Shown here: positions 1-7,773 of the stretch, one piece after another
Layout: every line of letters begins with the position of its first letter
Position numbering within the stretch: the first letter of the stretch is position 1
Source: a virus
Taxonomy: Duplodnaviria; Heunggongvirae; Uroviricota; Caudoviricetes
IMG/VR virus record: IMGVR_UViG_2698536484_000028
Strand: one strand, 5' to 3'
Length of the DNA: 11,543 nucleotides
Notes under the pieces: model-generated
The model's input: only the letters and a program-made list of their open reading frames with translations
The model's database searches: none
What the model was told of the DNA's origin: nothing
Program-made: the position numbers and the translations under genes

Positions 1-84
1 TACGTCATTGAACATATCCAGGACTGGCCGGCAAACCGGGTACGCGATCTGTTGCCCTGGAAAGTTGATCTGAGCTCTCAGTAA
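1..84 (+). CDS. 3' end of an ORF entering from upstream of the window; product unknown
   Basis: Frame 1 is open from the window edge to TAA at 82-84 and translates to YVIEHIQDWPANRVRDLLPWKVDLSSQ*. There is no start in the window and I do not recognise the family. Confidence 0.2.
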   Translation, partial: YVIEHIQDWPANRVRDLLPWKVDLSSQ

Positions 85-145
85 ATATCAATACGGTTCT
101 GACGAGTCGCTTACGGTATTTAAATGACATAGGGTTTTTATTCCC

Positions 146-170
146 AAATAAAAAACCCCGCGATGCAGGG
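146..170 (-). terminator. Rho-independent terminator ending the minus-strand replication operon
   Basis: Minus-strand RNA reads CCCUGCAUCGCGGGG (stem CCCUGC/GCGGGG with one U-G wobble, loop AUC) followed by UUUUUUAUUU. It lies about 25 nt downstream of the stop of the 194..955 gene. Confidence 0.55.
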
Positions 171-193
171 TTGTAATCAACAATAAGGGGTAA

Positions 194-955
194 TTACGAG
201 GAAGCGTTAGCTATTTGAGCTTGTGTAAATTCGAAACCAGAATTTTGTAACCGTTGCACTAGACGAGGAACTGTTTCACGTACATGGTCGTTGAAATTCA
301 GATACAAAATCCCGTTAGCATCAGAAGGCTGTTCTAGGTGCTGTTTCTGAAGGATTGCTACATTGCTGCGCCCTAAGGACGAAAGAAGCATACCCATCTC
401 GAGTACAACGTTCTGTCTTGCGCGGGGTTGGATTTCTGCTTCACCGGCGCGCTTTGAGTATCCCATATCATCAGGTGTCAAAAGAACAATCCCGAAACGG
501 GTAGCAGTTTGTCCTTGCCCAATTTCACGTTCAAGCTCTTCAATAATGGTGAGTCCAGTCCCTCCCGTATTCTGCAAAATGAAATGGTCTGGTAATCCAA
601 GTTTATGAAGGATTAGCTCAAGTTGCTCCTTTGCAGTATGGTCATGGCCGTGAACAATGAATATCTTTTTGGGGAGCTCAGATGGCTGTTCTACGGCTAG
701 TGGTGTTGCCGTGGGCGGCGTTCCTAAATGGGTCATTATTGCAGTTTCAACATTGGGACGTTCTTGAGGGTTACCTTGAAACTGAATGGTCCGGGTGGTG
801 TAAAGGTTAACAATTACGCCATTCGTTAAACGATAGCAGTCACAAGTCTCACGCTGTTCGTGGGAAAAATTGGTGAACCCACACTCCCTCAAAAAGTCAG
901 GAAAAGTTTCTCTCGAGTATGGATAGGTGATCGGCATTTCAGTTAGTTCCTGCAT
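194..955 (-). CDS. TIR-like (COG4271 / Cap12-PycTIR-effector-like) nucleotide-binding domain protein with an unrecognised ~75-aa N-terminal domain
   Basis: 253-aa ORF with AAGGA about 9 nt upstream of the ATG. Residues ~97-230 carry KIFIVHGHD..AKEQLELILHKLGL..GLTIIEELERE..FGIVLLTPDDMGY..NVVLEMGMLL, which I recognise as the hallmark pattern of the predicted nucleotide-binding TIR-like family. A Pro/Thr-rich linker (GTPPTATPLAVEQPSELP) joins it to the N-terminal domain. Family assignment is from memory, not a search. Confidence 0.75.
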   Translation of the reverse strand: MQELTEMPITYPYSRETFPDFLRECGFTNFSHEQRETCDCYRLTNGVIVNLYTTRTIQFQGNPQERPNVETAIMTHLGTPPTATPLAVEQPSELPKKIFIVHGHDHTAKEQLELILHKLGLPDHFILQNTGGTGLTIIEELEREIGQGQTATRFGIVLLTPDDMGYSKRAGEAEIQPRARQNVVLEMGMLLSSLGRSNVAILQKQHLEQPSDANGILYLNFNDHVRETVPRLVQRLQNSGFEFTQAQIANASS

Positions 956-1019
956 AAGTATTGTTCCTTTAATTTACTCGAATTCAGCATGTCGCCATAG
1001 CTCGATAAGGTGAGTTATA

Positions 1020-3083
1020 TCAATCTTTTTTGTAGTGGTACGCCTCAAAACCGCCAGCGTTCAGTGGGATATCGGGCGCCCATTCGGGGTCAGTGGAGAG
1101 AAGCGCGGAAAGCGCTTTATCGTTGAAATCTTCTGTGTCAGGTGCTTCGGTGATCACCTCGTCGTGTACCGTCAGCACAATGCTGTAACCGGCATCTTCG
1201 ATAAGCGGCATGTTTCCGGCCAGAATGTCGCGGGCGGCCGCCTGGGTGATGTTCTCCACCAGCTTTCCGCCGTAGGTTTTGAGTCGTTGCCATTTACGCG
1301 AATAAGAGTTAACCCCCATGTAGGTGATATTCCCTTTTTCGATAACCGGAGACGGGTAGCATACAGCGCGTCCGGATGGTAGCTGTATGCGCAGCCACGC
1401 GCCATCGCGGCGGATTTTAAGATAACCGCAATACAATGTTTTTTGCGGTGTGGCGATTGCAGTGCGGACGGTGCGCTCCAGTTCGTACCAGAAATCACAG
1501 GTCGCGGGATGCGCCCGGCGCCAGAGACGTTTAAGTGAGTCGCAGGCGATAAATACCCGTTCAGAAAGCCCGTAGGTTGACTTGCGTTTAACCGATTCGT
1601 CGTACCAGCTTTTCGCCTCGCGGATAACATCGCGGGGAATGTTTGGTAGTGCGGCGTTCGCCAGCTCGTCGAGATCGAGACCGTAAACCAGTGCAAAAGT
1701 GATGAAGGCCGACACACCACCACCATAACCCAGACCGAGTTCCATGACTTTACCGATCTGACGCATGTGTTTATCAACATCATCTGGTGCAATATCGAAA
1801 GCTTTTGCATACGCCAGTTTATATAAGTCCGGACCCGTTCCGGCGTCGTACTCTCTGAATGCATTCAGTTTCCATTCTTCTCCCGCCAGCCATGCCAGCA
1901 TACGGCCTTCAATGTTCGACAAGTCACTTACCACCAGCTTTTTGCCTGTTGGCGCGATAATGCAGCCACGTAACGCTGAACTGGTTAGTTCCATGATATT
2001 GTCAAACAGCAGGTCTGCACATCCGGCTTTCAGTGCTTCGATGCCTTCGTCTATTTGTTCCTGTTTTAGTGAAGGGCGGGGAAGGTTCTGGGGCTGGAAT
2101 AGCCGTCCGGCCCAACGACCGGTACGTGACGCCCCGCAGAACTGTAGCGTACCGCGTAAGCGCCCGTCGTGGCTTACGCCTTTCATCAGTGCCTTGTATT
2201 TACTGGTGCTGGTAGTACTGGCCTGCAGGCGGATAGCCAGCAGTTCTTTCACGGCAGATGGTAAATCGGGGTCGGCAATACGACGTTCCAGAGTACTGCG
2301 TTGCATGTCTGGTAGCTCCACACCGTAGGATTCAACAATGTGCTTAATCAACGCGTCTCGTTGTGTGGCTGCCTGCACTTCGCCATCAGTCATTTCCTGT
2401 GTACGCTTTGCCAGGCGCTTTTGCTCCTGGTCTACCGCTTCGATCGCAGCGCGCGCGAGTTGAATGTCCATGCAGACGCCCCGGTCGTTGATCTGCTGAT
2501 CACGATGCCAGAGCGCCAGTTCTGTCCCCTGATAATTCCACTTCGGCAGACGTTTATAGACTTCGCGCATTGCCTCGATATCCAGTCCGGCGTAAGCAAC
2601 AAAGCGCCGCCATTCTTCCGGGTGGGTTTTACTGGTGGCCCGACGCAGTTTGCTGTTTTTCGGGCGTGGCTTACAGAACAGCTGGATCAGCGCTTTACCT
2701 TCTTTGTCCTTCGCTTTGTCTTGCGGGACGCCGAGTATTTCGCAGAGTTCCCCCAGAGACCCCGGGAGGCCGTGCGCCAGCGCCTGCACCATTGTGTCGC
2801 GCCAACGTTCGACTGGCGGTGCCAGGCGCGGCATTGCATAACGCAGAACGGTGCGGTCGAAGTGAGAGTTATGGAAATAAAGCAGGGTTTCAGGGTCTGC
2901 GATTGCTTCGTATAAGCCGTGTGGAATACCACCACCGGCAGTGATATCCCACACGTTTACTGGCCCGTCGTTGATAGCCCATGCGAAAAGCATCACTTCA
3001 ACGCCTTCGGCATACGCATGGGTACCGTTCGTAATAGGGATTTCGCAATAGGTTTCCAGGTCGCCCCATAGTATATTGGACAT
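1020..3083 (-). CDS. Family A (Pol I-like) DNA polymerase with N-terminal 3'-5' exonuclease domain, phage type
   Basis: 687-aa ORF with AAGG SD 7 nt upstream. Exo I-like motif WGDLETY near the N-terminus; motif A-like [15 protein letters not shown], motif B-like [16 protein letters not shown], motif C-like LTVHDEV. Confidence 0.9.
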   Translation of the reverse strand: MSNILWGDLETYCEIPITNGTHAYAEGVEVMLFAWAINDGPVNVWDITAGGGIPHGLYEAIADPETLLYFHNSHFDRTVLRYAMPRLAPPVERWRDTMVQALAHGLPGSLGELCEILGVPQDKAKDKEGKALIQLFCKPRPKNSKLRRATSKTHPEEWRRFVAYAGLDIEAMREVYKRLPKWNYQGTELALWHRDQQINDRGVCMDIQLARAAIEAVDQEQKRLAKRTQEMTDGEVQAATQRDALIKHIVESYGVELPDMQRSTLERRIADPDLPSAVKELLAIRLQASTTSTSKYKALMKGVSHDGRLRGTLQFCGASRTGRWAGRLFQPQNLPRPSLKQEQIDEGIEALKAGCADLLFDNIMELTSSALRGCIIAPTGKKLVVSDLSNIEGRMLAWLAGEEWKLNAFREYDAGTGPDLYKLAYAKAFDIAPDDVDKHMRQIGKVMELGLGYGGGVSAFITFALVYGLDLDELANAALPNIPRDVIREAKSWYDESVKRKSTYGLSERVFIACDSLKRLWRRAHPATCDFWYELERTVRTAIATPQKTLYCGYLKIRRDGAWLRIQLPSGRAVCYPSPVIEKGNITYMGVNSYSRKWQRLKTYGGKLVENITQAAARDILAGNMPLIEDAGYSIVLTVHDEVITEAPDTEDFNDKALSALLSTDPEWAPDIPLNAGGFEAYHYKKD

Positions 3084-3129
3084 GTGTTTACCTTGGTTTT
3101 TATTCTATTAACTGATTAAAAGATTAATT

Positions 3130-3759
3130 ATGCATATGATCCAATACTTGATTGACCATACAGAGCATCTGGAGAAAATAGCTGGATATATTTTTTCATG
3201 TTTGATTGTTATGGGAGTCTGGATAAGAAAGATTATTTTTAATTATAAGTATAAAGAGCCTAAATATGTTAAGAAGTTAATTTTATATTTAGTTAAGTAT
3301 GAACGTTATCTGGATGAGGAGGATAAGAGTGCCATAGAAAAAAGAATAAATGATAAAATTATTCGTGATGCGCTGAAATTGCAATCATCTTATAACCGAA
3401 GAGATGTTATTTACATTTGCAATAGATTAGAAAAAAGACAGTATATAAATCAGTTGATTAAGCTTCAGAATTATATAGAGAAAGATAACGGAGTGTTTTT
3501 TATTAATGTTGATTTTTCAGGTTTTTTATTTATTATTAGTCGTCTGTTTTCCTTTCTGTGTTTTGTGCTGTTTACCCTTTTTTCTATTATCTGCATTATT
3601 TCCATAGGGCAAAATGAAGGCCTTTTAAATTATCTTGTGTATATGGTTATGATAATAGTTTTAGAGACTGTTGGTTTTTGGATGTATGATACTTTCCCGT
3701 CTAAGAAAAAGATCTGTGAACTAAATAAAGAATTGAGAAAGATTAAGATTCCTGAGTGA
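3130..3759 (+). CDS. Hypothetical multi-pass membrane protein encoded by a strongly AT-rich, opposite-strand insert
   Basis: 209-aa ORF on the opposite strand to its neighbours. Sample 60-nt lines count about 17-33% GC, against roughly 50% in flanking genes. Hydrophobic segments at ~aa 16-32, ~121-160 and ~168-187; Lys/Glu-rich middle region. No clear SD, and the start could be a downstream Met. Confidence 0.6.
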   Translation: MHMIQYLIDHTEHLEKIAGYIFSCLIVMGVWIRKIIFNYKYKEPKYVKKLILYLVKYERYLDEEDKSAIEKRINDKIIRDALKLQSSYNRRDVIYICNRLEKRQYINQLIKLQNYIEKDNGVFFINVDFSGFLFIISRLFSFLCFVLFTLFSIICIISIGQNEGLLNYLVYMVMIIVLETVGFWMYDTFPSKKKICELNKELRKIKIPE

Positions 3760-3777
3760 TTATACGCCTAATCAGTA

Positions 3778-3796
3778 GCCCGGTGTTTAACCGGGC
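3778..3796. other. GC hairpin between convergent genes (GCCCGG-TGTTTAA-CCGGGC)
   Basis: Perfect 6-bp inverted repeat with a 7-nt loop between the stop of 3130..3759 (+) and the stop of 3812..4360 (-). No U-tract on either strand, so not a canonical intrinsic terminator. Confidence 0.3.
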
Positions 3797-3811
3797 GTCT
3801 ATGAAGTAGGG

Positions 3812-4360
3812 TTAAATTAGTGCTTCAGCATCAGCACCTTCGCTGATATCGTCGAAATCGTCAGCGCTTGCCACTCCGCCGCCAGCGAGTGCATCGCCGT
3901 CTCGCAGGAACTGGACTCCGCCGAGTGAGGCATTAATGCGTTTACCGAAATTATTGTCCTGTGCCCAGATATCGATAACGGCGTTTACATAGCACCCTGC
4001 ATAGGGACGTCCGTCAGCCTGAATAAGTGGCGAACGATCGCGATCAAGAACAGCTGGGCGCGCTTTGTTAGCAGCATTCAGGAAGAAATTACCGGGGAAG
4101 CCTTCATACTCTGCTTTTTCATCACCATCATGCAGGCACAGATTGAGTTTTTTCTCCAGCTGGTTATAAATGGGCTCCCACTTCTCTCCCCATTTTTCCT
4201 TCGCTACCTGCTTCATAGCTTTACGGATTTCTTCCAGTTGTGGGTGTTTGGGAGACATTAAAAATACTGCGGAGAAACGCGGATCGCCTTCGCCGTTTAC
4301 AGTTTTAGCTTCAAACAGAGACGGGAAGGCCAGACGAACATTGTTCAGCTTCAGTTTCAT
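3812..4360 (-). CDS. Phage SSB-like protein (DUF2815-type) with acidic C-terminal tail
   Basis: 182-aa ORF with AAGGA SD 8 nt upstream. N-terminus MKLKLNNVRLAFPSLFEAKT..PRFSAVFLMSPKHP matches my memory of the DUF2815 phage ssDNA-binding family (as in the Enc34-type replication module). C-terminal acidic tail DDFDDISEGADAEALI. Confidence 0.8.
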   Translation of the reverse strand: MKLKLNNVRLAFPSLFEAKTVNGEGDPRFSAVFLMSPKHPQLEEIRKAMKQVAKEKWGEKWEPIYNQLEKKLNLCLHDGDEKAEYEGFPGNFFLNAANKARPAVLDRDRSPLIQADGRPYAGCYVNAVIDIWAQDNNFGKRINASLGGVQFLRDGDALAGGGVASADDFDDISEGADAEALI

Positions 4361-4375
4361 GGGTATTTCCTTAAA

Positions 4376-5677
4376 TCAGATGAGGTCTGCGGTTAGCGTA
4401 TCGTCGGATACGTCGTCGAAATCATTTACAGGGTTGATATTGAGTGCGGGGCGTGGGTCTGACTCGGGAACGACGGTGGGTTTTCCATCAGCTCGTGTTA
4501 TCAGTGCCTCGACTTTTGACCAACGGCGCGGACTGGCCTTTTTGATAAGTTTTTCGGCTTTTGTGGGACTAATAAGTTTAAAGTCGAATACTTCTTCAGT
4601 TTTGTACCTGAACTGGTCCTTCAGAAGTGCGCGAGCTGCCTCTTCATCACTCCAGGCCCGGTTACCTTGTTTTCCTGTTACCAGTTTAAACCCCGGTACC
4701 GGATGTCCGGCATTGAGTTCATCGTGAACCCGGTCCCGTACTGCCTTTAGCCAGGATTCAATAAAGTCGGCCTGGCTATAGATCTCTGCAAGCTGCTCAA
4801 TGGTTAACAGAGGTACACGTGCGCTGGCATTGGTGATTATTTCGCTGACAGGCTTTGTCAGATCTTCAAAATCGCTGGCCGCTGTTTGTAAATGCTGCAT
4901 TTTCTGGGCAGTGCAAATAGCTTTTGCTTTACAGAAGCGGCACTGTTTTTCTCCAGGTATGAAGTTTTCCAGCGGTAGTGTCTCAATGCCTTCGCATTCA
5001 GCAATATTGAGAACAAGGATCGCACTGGTTGCGGCCTCCAGTGCCCGTTCACCGAAAGACTGAAGTTCCTGTACGGTTAACGACCATTCTGAAACGTGGT
5101 TGAGCCTTGGCTGGTGAATAAATAATCTTACAGTCTCAAAGTCATACAGCATGCTGAATTGTTCGAGAGCACCCAGAGCATACAGTTGTAGTTGCTCATT
5201 TTGTTCTGCATCAATGCGGACGCCTTTGCCATATTTCAGGTCGTGGATTTGTAATTCGTTACCAGCGATGATTATGCCGTCGGCAGTTCCGAAAGATTCT
5301 TCCACACCCGTTATATGTGAGAAATCAACACGTTGTTCAACCAATAGTTCATTATTCTGTGCAAGAGTCCAGACCGTATCAACATACCGGCCGACGGCTT
5401 CGACCATTTCATCATCCACCTGTGGGCCAGATGTATCATCAGGATTTTCGCGAAGGGGGTATGAGCCGAGAAACATAGAAACATTGCATCCGGCGTAGTG
5501 TTCCGGGTGGCTTTGCCTGTTTCGTAGAACTTTTTCAGCAAGCGCGTGCGCTGTAGTGCCCTCGATTGCAAAAGTTGTTTCTTTATCCGGTTGTGTGGCC
5601 TCCAGCGCCAGACTTCCTGGGCAGCGCATCCATCGATGCGCTGATGATGGAGAAAGTTGTGCGTGAACGTCTGGCAT
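4376..5677 (-). CDS. Cas4/RecB-like PD-(D/E)XK nuclease (DUF2800-type) with Cys cluster
   Basis: 433-aa ORF with GGAGGG SD 6 nt upstream. N-terminal [15 protein letters not shown]; GTADGIII and IHDLKYGKG nuclease-core-like motifs; QLQLYALGA (QxxxY); [10 protein letters not shown] plus the N-terminal Cys as a probable Fe-S/metal cluster. Acidic C-terminal tail [16 protein letters not shown]. Confidence 0.8.
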   Translation of the reverse strand: MPDVHAQLSPSSAHRWMRCPGSLALEATQPDKETTFAIEGTTAHALAEKVLRNRQSHPEHYAGCNVSMFLGSYPLRENPDDTSGPQVDDEMVEAVGRYVDTVWTLAQNNELLVEQRVDFSHITGVEESFGTADGIIIAGNELQIHDLKYGKGVRIDAEQNEQLQLYALGALEQFSMLYDFETVRLFIHQPRLNHVSEWSLTVQELQSFGERALEAATSAILVLNIAECEGIETLPLENFIPGEKQCRFCKAKAICTAQKMQHLQTAASDFEDLTKPVSEIITNASARVPLLTIEQLAEIYSQADFIESWLKAVRDRVHDELNAGHPVPGFKLVTGKQGNRAWSDEEAARALLKDQFRYKTEEVFDFKLISPTKAEKLIKKASPRRWSKVEALITRADGKPTVVPESDPRPALNINPVNDFDDVSDDTLTADLI

Positions 5678-5679
5678 GA

Positions 5680-6582
5680 TTAACCCTCCAGTGCTTTTTC
5701 AGCCAGGGTGATTACTTCAGCGAGATTTTCATCCGTTACTTCACCAAGTTTCCTGGCTCCCTGTTTTTCCAGAATTGCAATAGCTTCTGCCCGGTAGCCC
5801 CCTTTTGCTAACTGGAGGATCAACCCTTCAGCTTGTTTGCGTAGTGCCGCGAAATCAATTGTATGGTCATCTTTGGCGTCATTATTCTGGCTGGAATTTG
5901 CTGCGTCTCTGCGTGCAAATTCTTCCTGCAGCTGAAGGTACTCAACACGGTTGATCTCGATATGGCCTTTTTTAAGCATCTCGTTCAACTTGCGTAAGGT
6001 GTGGAGTTCACTGGCTGCTGTGCCGGATACATTTTTGACGTAAAACGGCCCCGTGCGTTCTCCATCTTTGTTACTGGCCTTTTTCGGCTTAACTTCATCA
6101 CGCCCATCTGCAGGTGCATCAAGTAGCTGCTCGGCAAAAGCACGTCGCTCGCCGATGGTTGGCAGGTCGTCCCAGAACTTAAGGATGTTACGGGACAGGT
6201 CCAGGAGAGCAGGTTTAAGCAGCGCCCTGGCTCGTTTGACGCCCTGCAATGCGCTGTCGAGAGCATCAATCTGAACTACTCGTTTATCGCCTTCAGCATC
6301 ACGGTAGGCAACAGCACGTTGCAGCATATCTTCTGTGATAGGGGTGGCTACCGGGTAGAAACCAGCCAGTGCGATAACGTCGCTGAACTCCAGATCATCC
6401 AGTGTCATTGCCGCTGACATATTTTCAGTTTCAGTTGCTGTATCCCGACATTCCTGCACTCGTGAAATCGTGTCAGGATGCATAACAATACCTGATGCCA
6501 TTGTGCGGATAAGACGTTCAAGCAGCGCATTATGTTGTGCCAGAAGTTGATTATTAAGTTCTAGACTGGTTTCTAAACTCAT
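5680..6582 (-). CDS. Hypothetical protein, first large gene of the replication operon
   Basis: 300-aa ORF with GAGGA SD 7 nt upstream. Its start overlaps the upstream ORF stop (ATGA) and its stop is 2 nt from the nuclease start. No family recognised. Confidence 0.7.
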   Translation of the reverse strand: MSLETSLELNNQLLAQHNALLERLIRTMASGIVMHPDTISRVQECRDTATETENMSAAMTLDDLEFSDVIALAGFYPVATPITEDMLQRAVAYRDAEGDKRVVQIDALDSALQGVKRARALLKPALLDLSRNILKFWDDLPTIGERRAFAEQLLDAPADGRDEVKPKKASNKDGERTGPFYVKNVSGTAASELHTLRKLNEMLKKGHIEINRVEYLQLQEEFARRDAANSSQNNDAKDDHTIDFAALRKQAEGLILQLAKGGYRAEAIAILEKQGARKLGEVTDENLAEVITLAEKALEG

Positions 6583-6728
6583 ACTGTGGTCCTCGCTACA
6601 AGGAGAATGAAAGTGATGATCAGACCGAGCGCAGTGGCAACGGCCAGACCGGTCATCAAATCGAAGTTTTTACGGCGATAACGGAGAACATCGCGCCCCG
6701 TCAGTCGATGGATGTGTTCAGGTTTCAT
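6579..6728 (-). CDS. Small single-pass membrane protein (about 49 aa from the preferred start)
   Basis: The ORF track gives 6579..6761, but the Met at 6728 has a good SD (AAGGA, 9-nt spacing) while 6761 has none. C-terminal hydrophobic helix LMTGLAVATALGLIITFILLVA. Translationally coupled (ATGA) to the next gene. Confidence 0.5.
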   Translation of the reverse strand: MKPEHIHRLTGRDVLRYRRKNFDLMTGLAVATALGLIITFILLVARTTV

Positions 6729-6785
6729 CGGTTGTATTCCTTTTTTCATATCGGGGAGCACGCTGTTGCGAGTGCGCTTTCAGAC

Positions 6786-6813
6786 ATAAAAAAGCCCGTC
6801 ACTTGCGGCGGGC
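6786..6813 (-). terminator. Intrinsic terminator-like hairpin on the minus strand, upstream of the replication operon
   Basis: Minus-strand RNA reads GCCCGCCGCAAGUGACGGGC (5-bp GC stem with additional inner pairs) followed by UUUUUUAU. It lies about 58 nt upstream of the 6728 start codon, on the same strand. Confidence 0.45.
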
Positions 6814-6891
6814 AAAGACTACACACAGCAATTACATGGATATCATCGAGTGCCTGCTTTTAACCACATCAGGCGAGGTGGTTCTCCTTGT

Positions 6892-6936
6892 ACCCCTACA
6901 GTGAGAAATCGTCTAATATCTCTTCACCCCTACAGT
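6892..6936 (+). repeat. Two direct copies of ACCCCTACAGT upstream of the 6953 gene
   Basis: The core CCCCTACAGT occurs at 6893-6902 and 6927-6936, 34 bp apart. The second copy sits inside an imperfect inverted repeat (TCTAATATCTCT .. GAGAGATTAGA). A TAATAT hexamer lies between them at 6914-6919. Confidence 0.35.
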
Positions 6937-6952
6937 TTGAGAGAGATTAGAT

Positions 6953-7471
6953 ATGTCTGAAGAAAAAGGAATTCTTTCCCGGATAACTGAATCGTTATCC
7001 GGTGTGGGAGGAGCAATTAAAAGCGCGGTTGGAGCAGCAAGAGAGATTCAGAATCTGACTGTCGACTATGCAGTTAAAGAGAAGACGCACATCTTACTCG
7101 ATAAGCTAATGGATGTTCAGATGCAGCAAATGTCGCTTCAGGAGCTGCTGATTGCGGCTAAGGAGAAAATTGTTGAACTGGAAAATGAGAAAGTAAAGCA
7201 AGAGAACTGGGCCGCTGAAGCGGCGAGCTATGAACTTTACCAGCCTATGCGGGGTACTCTGGTCTATCGCAGCAAGCTTTCTGCAGATGCTGACCAATCT
7301 CCGGTTTATATTTGTCCCAATTGCTACGAGCAAAAGAGAAAATCTATATTGCAAGCGGAAGGTCTGGTTACTAAGCTAGGCCTTGGGCGAGTCGTTAATA
7401 TGGTTTGTTCGTACTGTAGGGCTTCCTATCTGTTCAACCCGAAATGCTTTAGAGGCCCGACTGCCTTCTGA
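6953..7471 (+). CDS. Hypothetical coiled-coil protein with C-terminal zinc-ribbon (CPNC..CSYC)
   Basis: 172-aa ORF with GAGAGA SD-like sequence upstream. Gly-rich N-terminal segment (SGVGGAIKSAVGAA), predicted coiled coil (LQELLIAAKEKIVELENEKVKQENW), then CxxC-25 residues-CxxC. Convergent with the cI-like gene. Confidence 0.7.
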   Translation: MSEEKGILSRITESLSGVGGAIKSAVGAAREIQNLTVDYAVKEKTHILLDKLMDVQMQQMSLQELLIAAKEKIVELENEKVKQENWAAEAASYELYQPMRGTLVYRSKLSADADQSPVYICPNCYEQKRKSILQAEGLVTKLGLGRVVNMVCSYCRASYLFNPKCFRGPTAF

Positions 7472-7574
7472 AGATGAAAATCCGGGGAAGGCAATCACGG
7501 ATTACGATCCTTACAACCAGTAATTTCTTTAAGCATGGGTACCCTTCCGGTCACCCAGAGTTAAAGGAACTAAG

Positions 7575-7601
7575 CGCCCCATCATCGGGGCGTTTCAACT
7601 T
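7575..7601 (+). terminator. Possible plus-strand terminator after the 6953..7471 gene
   Basis: CGCCCC-ATCATC-GGGGCG hairpin (7575-7592) followed by TTTCAACTT. The U-tract is weak. Confidence 0.3.
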
Positions 7602-7737
7602 GCGTGACTTATCAGTTCGTCGCGGTGTTGTCCTCTACGCTTACCGTACGCATACGGACTCGGCGCTTACCTCGATCCCATCGGGTGCTATTTCGTTTTG
7701 CCAGGAGCACTGCGGCTTACCTGTCACGCGGTTCTGT

Positions 7738-7749
7738 TTGTTAAAGAGC
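7738..7749 (-). promoter_or_regulatory. boxA element (exact GCUCUUUAACAA) in the leftward transcript
   Basis: The minus strand reads GCTCTTTAACAA, identical to the rrn boxA core 12-mer as I remember it (NusB/NusE binding site). It lies about 30 nt downstream of the predicted start of the leftward promoter. Confidence 0.45.
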
Positions 7750-7773
7750 TGGTATTAGAAAATGCATTAATTA

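Noticed and set aside
1-193. tRNA gene or attachment site at the left edge
   Set aside because: No tRNA-like T-arm or anticodon-arm pattern is recognisable. Only a partial ORF end and a terminator are present, so the element boundary cannot be placed from this window.
363-608. Plus-strand 81-aa ORF inside the TIR-like gene
   Set aside because: Antisense to a gene with a recognisable conserved domain; no RBS; composition not protein-like.
1035-2944. Eight ORFs nested inside or antisense to the polymerase gene (1035..1382, 1172..1864, 1765..2328, 2033..2215, 2340..2915, 2570..2944, 2635..2841, 2687..2935)
   Set aside because: They overlap a 687-aa ORF that carries clear polymerase and exonuclease motifs. 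Their translations are low-complexity (Ser/Arg/Ala/Pro-rich), typical of out-of-frame or antisense reading of a real gene.
3778-3796. GCCCGG..CCGGGC hairpin as an intrinsic terminator
   Set aside because: No U-tract on either strand. Kept only as a hairpin of uncertain function.
4170-6274. Overlapping ORFs 4170..4727, 4800..5063, 4858..5052, 5151..5498, 5311..5571, 5985..6269 and 6053..6274
   Set aside because: All lie within or antisense to the SSB-like, nuclease and 300-aa genes, which have strong SDs and tight operon junctions. None has a convincing start context.
7106-7354. Minus-strand 82-aa ORF antisense to the 6953..7471 gene
   Set aside because: The plus-strand product has a coiled coil and paired CxxC motifs and a better start context. 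The minus-strand translation is Leu/Phe-rich, as expected from the antisense of a Glu/Lys-rich coiled coil.
7474-7758. Plus-strand 94-aa ORF immediately after the zinc-ribbon gene
   Set aside because: No SD. A hairpin/terminator-like structure and the boxA/repeat sequences fall inside it, and the translation has no recognisable features. GC-rich DNA often yields chance ORFs of this length. Not excluded; treated as probably non-coding.
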